DNA of 64,000 bases from Mobula hypostoma (Eukaryota): NCBI RefSeq assembly GCF_963921235.1, contig NC_086097.1, positions 166,224,001 through 166,288,000 on the forward strand, read 5' to 3'. The number at the start of each line of letters is the position of its first letter. The first letter of the stretch is position 1. Shown piece after piece: positions 35,720-47,156 of the stretch. A model generated the notes under the pieces. That model was given only the letters and a program-made list of their open reading frames with translations. It was not told where the DNA came from and made no database searches. Both the position numbers and the translations under genes were made by a program.

Positions 35720-36132
35720 TAACCATATAACAATTGTAGCACAGAAACAGGCCATCTCGGCCCTTCTAGTCCGTGCCGAACTCTTACCCTATCCTAGTCC
35801 CACCAACCTGCACTCAGCCCATAACCCTCCATTCCTTTCCTGTCCATATATCTATCCAATTTAACTTTAAACGACAACATCGAACCTGCCTCAACTACTT
35901 CTGCCGGAAGCTCATTCCACACAGCTACCACTCTCTGAGTAAAGAAGTTCTCCTTCATGTTACCCCTAAACTTTTGTCCTCTAATTCTCAACCCATGTCC
36001 TCTTGTTTGAATCTTCCCCACTCTCAATGGAAAAAGTCTAACCACGTCAACTCTATCAATCCCCTTCATAATTTTAAACACCTCTATCAAGTCCCCCCTC
36101 AACCTTCTACGCTCCAAAGAATAAAGACCTAA
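35720..36132 (-). mobile_element. CR1 3' fragment
   Basis: ERRRLRGDLIEVFKIMKG...FFTQRVVAVWNELP and an (TTATATGG)n-type tail. Confidence 0.9.
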
Positions 36133-36425
36133 TTTCCCTGTAACATATGCTAATGGTGAATAGAAACAAATAGGAATTCATGGGGATGTACAAGAGGGAA
36201 TGGTTACAGGGGTACAGGAAAACAAGAAGAGGGGAACGGGACTGATACATTTATTTTCCAGGGAGCCAGCTAAATGACCTTCTTTATCATTGTCAGTACA
36301 AGATGGTGTAGTATGTTACCCTGGCCTTATACTTGAGGTCATAGCGAATCATCAAGTCATAGCTGTTCTCACAATACAATTTTCAGTTTTAGCTTTCCCA
36401 TTAAAACAAATAATTCTGAAATGCT

Positions 36426-37567
36426 AACAACAGGAATTCTGCAGATGCTGGAAATTCAAGCAACACACATCAAAGTTGCTGGTGAACGCAGCAGGCCAGG
36501 CAGCATCTATAGGAAGAGGCGCAGTCGACGTTTCAGGCCGAGACCCTTCGTCAGGACTAACTGAAGGAAGAGTGAGTAAGGGATTTGAAAGCTGGAGGGG
36601 GAGGGGGAGATGCAAAATGATAGGAGAAGACAGGAGGGGGAGGGATAGAGCCGAGAGCTGGACAGGTGATAGGCAGAAGGGGATACGAGAGGATCATGGG
36701 ACAGGAGGTCCGGGAAGAAAGATGGGGGGGGGGGTGACCCAGAGGATGGGCAAGAGGTATATTCAGAGGGACAGAGGGAGAAAAAGGAGAGTGAGAGAAA
36801 GAATGTGTGCATAAAAAAGAGTAACAGATGGGGTACGAGGGGGAGGTGGGGCCTAGCGGAAGTCAGAGAAGTCAATGTTCATGCCATCAGGTTGGAGGCT
36901 ACCCATACGGAATATAAGGTGTTGTTCCTCCAACCTGAGTGTGGCTTCATCTTTACAGTAGAGGAGGCCGTGGATAGACATGTCAGAATGGGAATGGGAT
37001 GTGGAATTAAAATGTGTGGCCACTGGGAGATCCTGCTTTCTCTGGCGGACAGAGCGTACATGTTCAGCAAAGCGGTCTCCCAGTCTGCGTCGGGTCTCAC
37101 CAATATATAAAAGGCCACATCGGGAGCACTGGACGCAGTATATCACCCCAGTCGACTCACAGGTGAAGTGATGCCTCACCTGGAAGGACTGTTTGGGGCC
37201 CTGAATGGCGGTAAGGGAGGAAGTGTAAGGGCATGTGTAGCACTTGTTCCGCTTACACGGATAAGTGCCAGGAGGGAGATCAGTGGGGAGGGATGGGGGG
37301 GACGAATGGACAAGGGAGTTGTGTAGGGAGCGATCCCTGCGGAATGCAGAGAGAGGGGGGGAGGGAAAGATGTGCTTAGTGGTGGGATCCCGTTGGAGGT
37401 GGCGGAAGTTACGGAGAATAATATGTTGGACCCGGAGGCTGGTGGGGTGGTAGGTGAGGACCAGGGGAACCCTATTCCTAGTAGGGTGGTGGGAGGATGG
37501 AGTGAGAGCAGATGTACGTGAAATGGGGGAGATGCGTTTAAGAGCAGAGTTGATAGTGGATAGTGAT
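36426..37567 (-). mobile_element. Young 5'-truncated Penelope-like element with an intact GIY-YIG endonuclease frame
   Basis: ORF 36853-37565: PLVLTYHP, CKRNKCYTC, VIYCVQCSRCGLLYIGET, RFAEH, LEEQHLI, PDGMN. Possible TSD AATGCT (36420-36425 and 37568-37573). Confidence 0.93.
36523..36558 (-). ncRNA. Minimal type-I hammerhead ribozyme motif
   Basis: Minus strand reads AGUC-CUGACGA-AGG GUCUCGG CCU-GAAACGUC-GACU, with all core nucleotides present. Confidence 0.82.
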
Positions 37568-38623
37568 AATGCTTTCAGCTTACTGCTTTGCACCCTCTTA
37601 TACTTCCATTCCCCCATTGACCACTATCCCTGGAGGCCCATTTCAAATGTTCCCACTACATTTCCATTGGCTTCCAACATTGTGAGAATTGAATGGGTTT
37701 CTTTTGCTGAGTGTGAAAATGAAAAATAACAACTTAATAACAACTGTTCATCTATCTATCCAAATACAATTAACTCCACTTCCAACCTATGAGAAGTAAG
37801 ACATCAGTTGTCCATTCACTCCTCTAGTGTCAGCTGTTGTTCTTTCCAGGATGTAGTTATATAACCATTCTATTCTGTCTGTCCCACTACCTAATATCTT
37901 TCTTGGGAGCAATCCTCCGGACCTCCTCAACCCTCAATGGCAGACACAAGTTAATAATAGAAACATTCTGTCAATGGATTTCCAGAGGGATAGAAGTAAT
38001 CCCTTCTAAATTGTTTGAAAGTAAGCAGAATAAACTCACAGTAATGAAAATGAACTAGTATGCCGATGCTGAAAAACTGAAATGAAATCAGAAAATACTG
38101 GAAACACTCTAGCAGGTCAGGTGGCATCCGTGGAGAGAGAAATAAGGTTAGCATTTTACAGCCAAGAATCTTCATCAGAATGGAACGTATATCTGAAACA
38201 TTAACTCCGTTACTCTAAACCCAGATCAATTGCAGAAAGCAGGCTGATGTTAAATGAATTCTCTTAAATGTATAATGGGATTCCTTTAGTTGTAAGGTGT
38301 TTAGGAAAAGCTTTGAAATGGCAACTATTTAGGAAGCACTTTAGTGAAAAGAAACTACATGGTGATCATGGAAAGTTTGGTTTTCTTGTAAAGCAGTGTC
38401 TGATGTTACCTTCTTCAATTATATCCAACGTGATGTAAATCATAAATCATAACCATTGGTTTAAGTCTGTAATTCAAGATTGGGATTCTGCTGGTCTTCA
38501 GAAACTGTTTCTATAATCACGAAACCACAACCTCTTAATTGGATTGTAGTCTTGAAACCCTAGTTACGTAGTGATTTACCAAATTATTCATTCAGAACAC
38601 TTGCCCTTTTGTACACTCATGTA

Positions 38624-39061
38624 CGAGGGGTGATTGATAAGTTCGTGGCCTAAGGTAGAAGGAGTCAATTTTAGAAAACCTAGCACATTTATTTTTCAAC
38701 ATAGTCCCCTCCTACATTTACACACTTAGTCCAGTGGTCGTGGAGCATACGGATCTTGGACCTCCAGAAAGTGTCCACAGCAGGGCTGATTGATAAATTC
38801 GTGGCCTAAGGTGAACGGAGATGAGTTATACAGCTCTAGTTACATGCACATGCAGTTCAACTCTTTGAGTGATTATACAGAAAGTTTCAGGTTAATAACT
38901 CATCAGAGTGATTGATAAGTTCGTGGCCTAAGGTAGAAGGAGATGAGTTATTAACTTCAAACTTCCTGCATAATCACTCAAAGAATTGAACTGCATGTGC
39001 ACGAGAGCTGTATAACTTATCTCCTTCTACCTTAGGCCACAAACTTATCAATCACCCCTCA
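38624..39061. mobile_element. Mariner-type MITE with internal TIR copies
   Basis: Flanked by TA on both sides; TIR CGAGGGGTGATTGATAAGTTCGTGGCCTAAGGTAGAAGGA at the left end and its reverse complement at the right end. Confidence 0.85.
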
Positions 39062-39959
39062 TATGTTTGAACCACATATTCTTTTGTAAAAAATTTAATA
39101 TATAATATGCTGTAACAATAATATGTATCATTCTAAAATTCAATCATTATCAGTAGGAGATTGATTTGCATTCTGGTTGCACTATTTTATTGGTTAAAAA
39201 TTATTGGCAAATGCTGGCTGGGGTCATGTCATAGTTGGCTGTTGAACTATTAGTCTGTTTCAGGAAGAATAGGGTAGAAGTTCATCTCCAGTACCGTTCT
39301 GCTCTAGATCAGGTGAGGCAACATAGTGAGGTTGTGATGAAGACAGTATTTTGTCATAAAAGCCAAACAGAGGATGGTGTGAAGAAATACAATGCTCATT
39401 CTCTAGCTCTTCTGGGACTGCAACAGTGCCCACAGCAGTGAGCTGAATGACCTGGTCATTGTGAGGGTCACATGGGGGATCTATGGACTGATTAGATTAG
39501 ATATAGTTATTAACCATGTGCGTCAAAGCATACAATACAATGAAATGTGCCATTTGTATTGACAATCAACACAATCTGAGGATGCGATGGGGGCAGCCTG
39601 CACGTGTTACCCCATATCCTGCTGCTAGCATAGCATTCCCACAATGTTCTGCAGAACAACACACAGCCAGCTTTCAACAAGCAATAAACTGCTTTCGTAC
39701 CTGCACACCATAAACACAGATGGGCCTTCAATCACAGGACAAGCTACCACTGGGCCTCTGACCTCCTACCTGTGGCCCTGGGCTTGCAGACATTGGGTCT
39801 GTGACCTCCAGACTTACCATCTGAAAGGCTTTAACCTTCAGGCTTTGATGTTCAGTCTTGCCAAGCTTGTCATTCAAGCTTTTGAACTTGCCGACTACTC
39901 GTCTATTTTTACACTTAGGACCAATTACACAGTCTCAACCAGGGTGTAGAACTGGCATT

Positions 39960-40185
39960 TTTCTAACTTACAATACAGTTAGTTTTCAAGAAGATGCTGA
40001 AGGACTGATTGGATGTTCCAGATGTGGTCATGGGGGTTCTTGGAGAAGATGAGGATGTCGTTGAGAGAGACAAACACATAACCTGTGTAGCATGTCTGTA
40101 AAGATATTGGAAACTGACTGGACTGTTGGAGAGTGCAAATGGCATCACCAAGTATTTAAGAGGCCAGTGGGTGTGATGAACTCAG
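39960..40185 (-). mobile_element. Degenerate Gypsy RT fragment
   Basis: YLVMPFALSNSPVSFQ and LDDILIF-like motifs. Confidence 0.65.
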
Positions 40186-40223
40186 TCTTCCTGACAGATG
40201 CAGACCAGGTGTATGCACTCTGC

Positions 40224-41745
40224 TGTGACAAGAGTCCTTGACGAGGATGGCTTGGACCCAAATGCTAGAGTTTCTGATGCAAGGATACAGACACAGTTTC
40301 AAACTAGACCGGAAAATTAGAGCGTTTAAATCTCAAAAGCTGGCATGGTTGGGAGAGTCCCATAAAACTCCCCCTCCTCTACAGCCCACTCCTGAAAGCC
40401 CTGGTTGCTCAGACAGTGGTGATGGTAATTGTGAATGACTTAGATGAGGGAATTAAATGCAGCATCTCCAAGTTTGCGGATGACACGAAGCTGGGCGCCA
40501 GTGTTAACTGTGAGGAGGATGCTAAGAGGATGCAGGGTGACTTGGATAGGTTAGGTGAGTGGGCAAATTCATGGCAGATGCAATTTAATGTGGATAAATG
40601 TGAGGGTATCCACTTTGGTGGCAAAAACAGGAAAACAGGTTATTATCTGAATGGTGGCCAATTAGGAAAAGGGGAGGTGCAACGAGACTTGGGTGTCATT
40701 ATACACCAGTCATTGAAAGTGGGCATGCAGGTACAGCAGGCGGTTATAAAGGCGAATGGTATGCTGGCATTTATAGCGAGAGGATTCGAGTACAGGAACA
40801 GGGAGGTTCTACTGCAGTTGTACAAGGCCTTGTTGAGACCACACCTGGAGTATTGTGTGCAGTTTTGGTCCCCTAATCTGAAGAAAGACATCCTTGCCAT
40901 AGAGGGAGTACAAAGAAGGTTCACCAGATTGATTCCTGGGATGGCAGGACTTTCATATGATGAAAGACTGGATCAACTAGGCTTATACTCCTTGGAATTT
41001 AGAAGATTGAAGGGGGATCTTATTGAATTGTATAAAATCCTAAAGGGATTGGACAGGCTAGATGCAGGAAGATTGTTCCCGATGTTGGGGAAGTCCAGAA
41101 TGAGGGGTCACAGTTTGAGGATAAAGGGGAAGCCTTTTAGGACCGAGATTAGGAAAAACTTCTTCACACAGAGAGTGGTGAATCTGTGGAATTCTCTGCC
41201 ACAGGAAACAGTTGAGGCTGGTTCATTGGCTATATTTAAGAGGGAGTTAGATATGGCCCTTGTGGCTAAAGGGATCAGCGGGTATGGAGGGAAGACTGGT
41301 ACAGGGTTCTGAGTTGGATGATCAGCCATGATCATACTGAATGGCGGTGCAGGCTCGAAGGGCCGAATGGCCTACTCCTGCACCTATTTTCTATGTTTCT
41401 ATGTTTCTATGAGTCGGATCCAAGATGCCTCTTTCCAGCACCCAGCACCTTTCCTCTGGTTTGAATCCCTCCCAGTCCACTAGGTATTGTTGAACCCCTG
41501 GAACAGTATGTGAGTCCAAAAGTCTTTTCACCGTGAACAGTTGTTGCCCCCTTGATAAACCTGGGTGATGGCAGGGCTGCTGGTCGTGGGGCTAAGGGAT
41601 TGGTGCAGACAGGTTTTAATATAGAGATGTGGAAGGTAGGGTTAATCTTTAGAGTCCTGGGGAGCTGAACAGTGTAAGCCACCAGGTTTACTTTCATGAC
41701 CAATGAACTTGGGTGCTAACTTTCTAGATTCCACTCGGAGAGGTC
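40224..41745 (-). mobile_element. Gypsy (chromovirus-like) 3' remnant: integrase tail and chromodomain, PPT and partial LTR, split by CR1
   Basis: AYTVQLPRTLKINPTFHISILKP and a YLVDWEG-like segment; purine tract near 40368-40380 on the minus strand; LTR end homologous to 57557. Confidence 0.65.
40434..41408 (+). mobile_element. Young 5'-truncated CR1 LINE, same subfamily as 23056-25096
   Basis: Open frame from NDLDEGIKCSISKFADD to the stop at 41312; the 3' UTR is identical to that of the 25-kb copy. Confidence 0.96.
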
Positions 41746-42035
41746 AATCATGAATGGACATCTGGACCTGTTGCCCAGGCTGTGAAGCAGGTCCCAGACT
41801 TCCCCTTCAGTTTGCCTTGGTCTCTAATAACATCTAATTCCTTCTGCCTAGATATGGTCCATACCCCTTGATTCATATGCCTATCTAAGATCCTCTTAAA
41901 TGCCCCTATTGTGTTTTGCCTCCACTGCCACCCCTGGCAGCATGCTCCAGGCACGGCACTCACCTCTCTGTGTGTAAAATAACTTGCCCTGCACATCTCC
42001 TTTGAACTTTACCCCTTTCACGTTAAATGAACGCC
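41746..42035 (-). mobile_element. CR1 3' fragment
   Basis: YFTHREVS and TIGAFKRILDRHMN remnants. Confidence 0.65.
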
Positions 42036-45000
42036 CTGGCTGCCAAACAAAGCCTCCTCAGAATACAGGATAGCTCCCAGATCCACAGGGTAGATGTTGC
42101 TAACTGTTGACTTTGAAAGGAACATTTTGAACTGTTCTTCAACCATAAGTCCAATATTCAGTGGAGACCTTTCAAATCATTCCACAATGACCTGTTGAGG
42201 ATTTCCATGACAATTCATCGACTACTGGAGGGTTAAAGCAGGCTATTGACCTGATAAAGACCAATAAAGGCTCCAAGGTAGATAGTATACCACAGAGGTT
42301 GATCATGCTGCCAGCTTCTGACTCATGACACAACTTCACCAGTTGAAAATCCATTCCAGAGTTAGGACAACATTCCCCTGAATGTGACCACCATCACAAA
42401 CCGGAGCAAGGGAGGCAAACCTGATTATAAGATATACAGATCTTGGCCATTACCTCTCCCAACATAGGAACAAGAGAAGACAATTCAACATTTTGTGCAT
42501 CCACCATTCAATAAATTCAATCAACATCTAGAAGATGTATACCTGATGACTTATACTTATTTGCACACAATTTTGGTCTCCTTTTTAAGGAAGGGCATAC
42601 TTGCATTACAGGAATTCAGAGAAGGGTCCTTGAGTCATGGGAAGAAAGAACTCTTTTCTGATGACTGGGTAATGGAGGCAGCTATCCACACAACATTTGA
42701 TTAGTAGATAGGTGAGCAGTTGAATCACCAACACCTGACTAAAGGCTGTAACTGGGATGGGGATGAGTGTGAGTACTCGATGACAGCACGGAAATGGGTG
42801 AAGGGCCTGTTACTGTACGATGATTTACTGAGTATTCTGCCGCCCTTCTGACTTGTGATTTATAGATAGTCGATACCTTGCTATCCACTCACCAGAGGAT
42901 ACCCTGCTTCTGACCTGGTCTTATAGTCAAAGTATTTATGTGACTATATAGTCAAGTGAGATTCTGGTCAGTAGTGACCTCCAGGATATTGATGATTGGG
43001 AACTTGATGATGAAAATGCACTTGATTGAGAAAGGTAGATGCTAGACCCTCTTTTGATGGAGCTGGACATTACTTGGTACTTCTGCATTGCAAGTTACTT
43101 GCCACTTTACAGGCCATCCTGAATATAATCTAATTGCAGCCATGAGCTGCTTCATTTGCTGAGGAGGTATAAGTGGAACTGAACATTATAAATCGTCAAT
43201 GAGTGTCCTCATTTCTGCTCTGATGATGAAAGGAAAGTCATTGATGTAACAGCTGAAGATGAATAGGGCCAAAACAGTACCTGGAGGAATTCTCACAGCG
43301 ATGCCCTGGGGCTGAATGACCTCTGACAGCACAAACACCTTCCTTGATGCAAAATATTGGCTCTGTTCAGTTGGATGCCTATTTACTTCCGTTTATTCAG
43401 AGCTCACTGATGTCACACTCAGTCATATGCGATCTTGATGCTAAGGGTGGTCACTTTCACCACACCTCCGGAGACCATTCCTTGGTCCCAGGTTTGTGGT
43501 GAATTCTGGAGTGCAATGTGAACTCAGCATTGCTAAAGAAGTTATTGGGGAGTAAATGATAGAGTAAATGGAGAGGACAGTTATTGGATTTGAATTGTCC
43601 TGCATTTTGTAAACAGGACATGTCTGGCCAATTTTCTACATTTTTGGGTAGATATCAGTGTTGTTACATGAGGCCAGGAAAAGCTGTGCACCAACTACTG
43701 ACTGAAACATAGGAAGTCAAGCTGGTTGCTGGGCAGAGATGGCTAAGGTTTAATTCTTTAAATTTCTTTTTACCTAAGCTCTTCTTGAGCTATATGTAGT
43801 TGGGGAGCCACACCACCTAATGCTCAGAGAGAACATTTTCTTGCATGTGGTTCTAGTTTATTTTGCCACTGGTTCTATTATTTATTCAAATGTTGTCCAT
43901 TTTCCAAACAATTAGTTTGAATTTTTCTTGAACCTGGACTTCTGAGAATGCCTGCTTTATGTAAAATGCAAACTAGGGACAGTTTCTATTAATAAGTAGT
44001 CTTTGCCATTTGCAAAATAAACTTTGTCCGAAACAATAGTCAGGAAGATTATTAGGAAGACATTTTCTGTCTGCGGACTTCAGCTCCTCTTTCTGTCAGG
44101 CTATTTGTTATTGTTCAAAGATTCAAAGTACATTTTATTATCTAAGTATGTATGTGGCGTACTACCTGAAGATTCATCCGCCCCACAGACAGCCACAAAA
44201 CAAAGAACCACACAACCAATCGGTTCAAAGAAAAACACCCCCCCACCATATGCAAAAAAATGTGCAAACAGCAACAAAAAACAAACAAAATCACAGAATG
44301 CAAACCACAAACTAAAAAACATATAAATACTGCATATTTCTACAGAACGTTGACTGTCTGACTTAATTAATTTGTAACACATGGCAGTTGTGGAGCATTA
44401 CACCTCTAGCAGAACCATAATCCCAACTAATTTAATAAGTGACTTCAAGAGCAAAGGGATAACAGAGAACAAATATTGCAAAGCTATTTTTAATTCAGTC
44501 ATGCAACACAATTGAATTGAACTGTTAACCAATTATCATAGAGTATTAAACACAATACCAGGAGTGAATAATAGTCTTCTGCAGGAAATAGTGCTCTTCA
44601 CAAACTTTCTGCAAGGTTTATTAATTTAAAGTCTGACTGCAGTGTTGGCCTTCACTGATTGAGCATGTCAGTGACATGCTCAGGTGTTGAGTAAACGGCC
44701 CCTGTAGGGCACTGATAGTACTGAACAGAGAAGGGTCTGTCTGTTGTGCGTGAACACCTGCTGACCGCAGACAATGAAAGCACTGATTCGCTAGTCAGTC
44801 TTTATTCAACTCCTGTTACATTCCTGGGTACTCCCTGCTTGACTAGAAAATAACCCCAACCCCATGAGCGGGTTTGAGAGGCATTCCTGGTTTTGGAGAA
44901 AGTAATGAAAAGGCATAGAAGTCAAGCCTTATTTCTTTCCTATCTCCCCCCTGCTCTCCCATATCACTACTCTCTGGGGAGTACGAGCTATTATTGTCTT

Positions 45001-45564
45001 GTGAAACAGCATCCACAGTCTCCCTACGGGTCATTTCACATCTGTGATCTCCACTTAAAAGAAATGACAGTAGATGCCCTTCAATAAAGATCAGTGCCTT
45101 TGGCAAGAATGACTTTCAAGTGATTTTCATTAAACAGGCCACTAAACAGGAGCTTCCTGCACTCATCTTCAGCACAGTAATATGTCCTGAGAGTGTCCAT
45201 CATTAAACCTCTCCAAACTCATGTTTGTGTTAGGTAGTAATAGTTGATTATAGAAGAGTTTATTTTGAGATGTGGAAAATTAAAAATCACAGACTTTACA
45301 CTTATAAAGCTTAACTGGCAGTAGGTGCTGTAGTTACCCTCTCAATTCCATCCAGGCTTCTATCCCAATTCTATCTTTCTTTCCTTCTATCCCACTGTTA
45401 TCAGACCTCTTGTACAATAAGATTGACTTTTGACTGCATCATTTACTTTGTTATGATCTTGTACTTTATTATTTCCTTGCACTGCACTTTCTCTGTGGCT
45501 GTTACACTTTATTCTGCATTGTTTTAGATTAAACTGATTCTAGCTCAATCCAGTTGCATAATGA

Positions 45565-46085
45565 TTTCAAAAGATTCAAAACGAGATTCAAAAAACTTTA
45601 TTGTCATTCTAACCGTACATCGGCTCTGCAGGGCAGAATGAGACAGTGTTTCCCAGGAGCAGTGCAATCATAATATAACAAATGCAACACTAAATAATAA
45701 ACATAACAATAATAGTAAAATACAACAGCCACATGTTAGTTAAAATCAGTTATAAGTGTCCAGTGCAAGTTAAAAGTGTCCAAAGCAGAGTCCGGTAGAG
45801 CAGCTATTTAGCAGTCTGACTGCCTGTGGGAGGAAGCTGTTTAGTAGCCTTGTGGTTTTAGTTTTGATGCTCCTGTAACGTTTGCCTGATGGCAGAAGAA
45901 CAAACAGTTCATGGAGAGGGTGTGAGGGGTCTTTAATGCTGTACCGTGTCTTCTGGAGGCATCGACTCTGAAAGAGGTCTTGGACAGAAGGTAGAGAGAC
46001 CCCAATAACCTTCTCTGCTCCCCTAACCACCCTCTGCAAGGCTTTTTTGTCAACAGCACTGCAGCTGGAGTACCAGGTTGTGATG
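45565..46085 (-). mobile_element. Rex1/Babar-type LINE 3' end
   Basis: LQRVVRGAEKVIG...IKDPSHPLHELFVLLPSGKRYRSIKTKTTRLLNSFLPQAVRLLN, then AATAAA and a TTGAATC tail. Confidence 0.88.
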
Positions 46086-47156
46086 ATCTGTATAAACAGT
46101 ATCTAAGAAAAGCTCTTAACTGTATCTTGGTGCATGTGGCAATAACAAACCAGTACCAATACTAGTGATTATGTAGCCAAACTTCCCTTCTTTAGCTTAA
46201 TTACTGCACCATCACACAAGGCTTGGAGGAGCTGTTACAAATGTCAACCCTCAACAATATTGATCAGTTAGGCACAGAGAGAAACTGTATTTACTGACAA
46301 ATACCTACAATGTTTCAGATAACAAACACATGAACTTACAAAACTTAAATACCTGTGTACACACCCACTAGGTTTCCCTGGCCCTCCATGAACAGTTGAA
46401 AAAGAGAAAAGTTAATAGCTGGTAAATGGAGTCTATACTGACGGTATTCTTCTTCTTCCTGATGTAATTTCCATCTTTCTGACATGAGGTCATTCACTTC
46501 TGCCACTACCTGTGCTCCCAAAATCCTCCATTATATCCTTTTCCTTATTGGATCGATCTAAGATGTCTTAATTTTGTTGGCTAATGCTCACTTGACTGAC
46601 CAGTGTCAGCTTCTTGTTGGATCTGACCAAAAACACGAGTACAAGCAATATTACTTTATGGCTCTTTCTCTCAGACTTGTGGCCTAGATAATTTATTTTT
46701 GTTCTTTCCAACATATATTGGTTCAACCCAGTCTAACCAGCTTATCCAAATACCGGGCCAAGACCACCAGATCACATAACGGAGAAACACGCAATAAAGA
46801 GCTTCTTATCTAAAAATAGTCTCAGGTTTAGCAGGTCATCAGCAGAAAAGTTATTGCGTCCATCTTCGGGTAAAATGGTGTTGTGTTCGGATCCAGCAAC
46901 CACTTGGGGCCCAACCAAAGATGTTTTTATTTGTTAAATGCCTTTTTAATAATTGCAGGACAATACTAGACTCTGTAATGTATTGTGTGAGTATTCGTAG
47001 TGTCAGAGTGCGTATGATGTCAGGACGTAGAGAAGTAAAAATGGAAGTCTGGTGAATAAACGTGGTTGTTCACTCTACAGCGGTGTCCGAGTCACATCAA
47101 TATTACATGGTGTCAGAAGAAATCGCAAAAAAAAAGGAAGAGAAGACAAGTAAAAG

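Noticed and set aside
37568..37617. Start of the 254-aa PLE ORF (MGEWKYKRVQSS)
   Set aside because: It lies outside the element boundary and is a fortuitous flank-derived extension of a 5'-truncated copy.
38624..38945. Three spaced ~38-bp direct repeats resembling a CRISPR array
   Set aside because: The spacers are long, unequal and partly self-complementary; a fourth inverted copy and TA flanks indicate a MITE; the context is eukaryotic with no cas genes.
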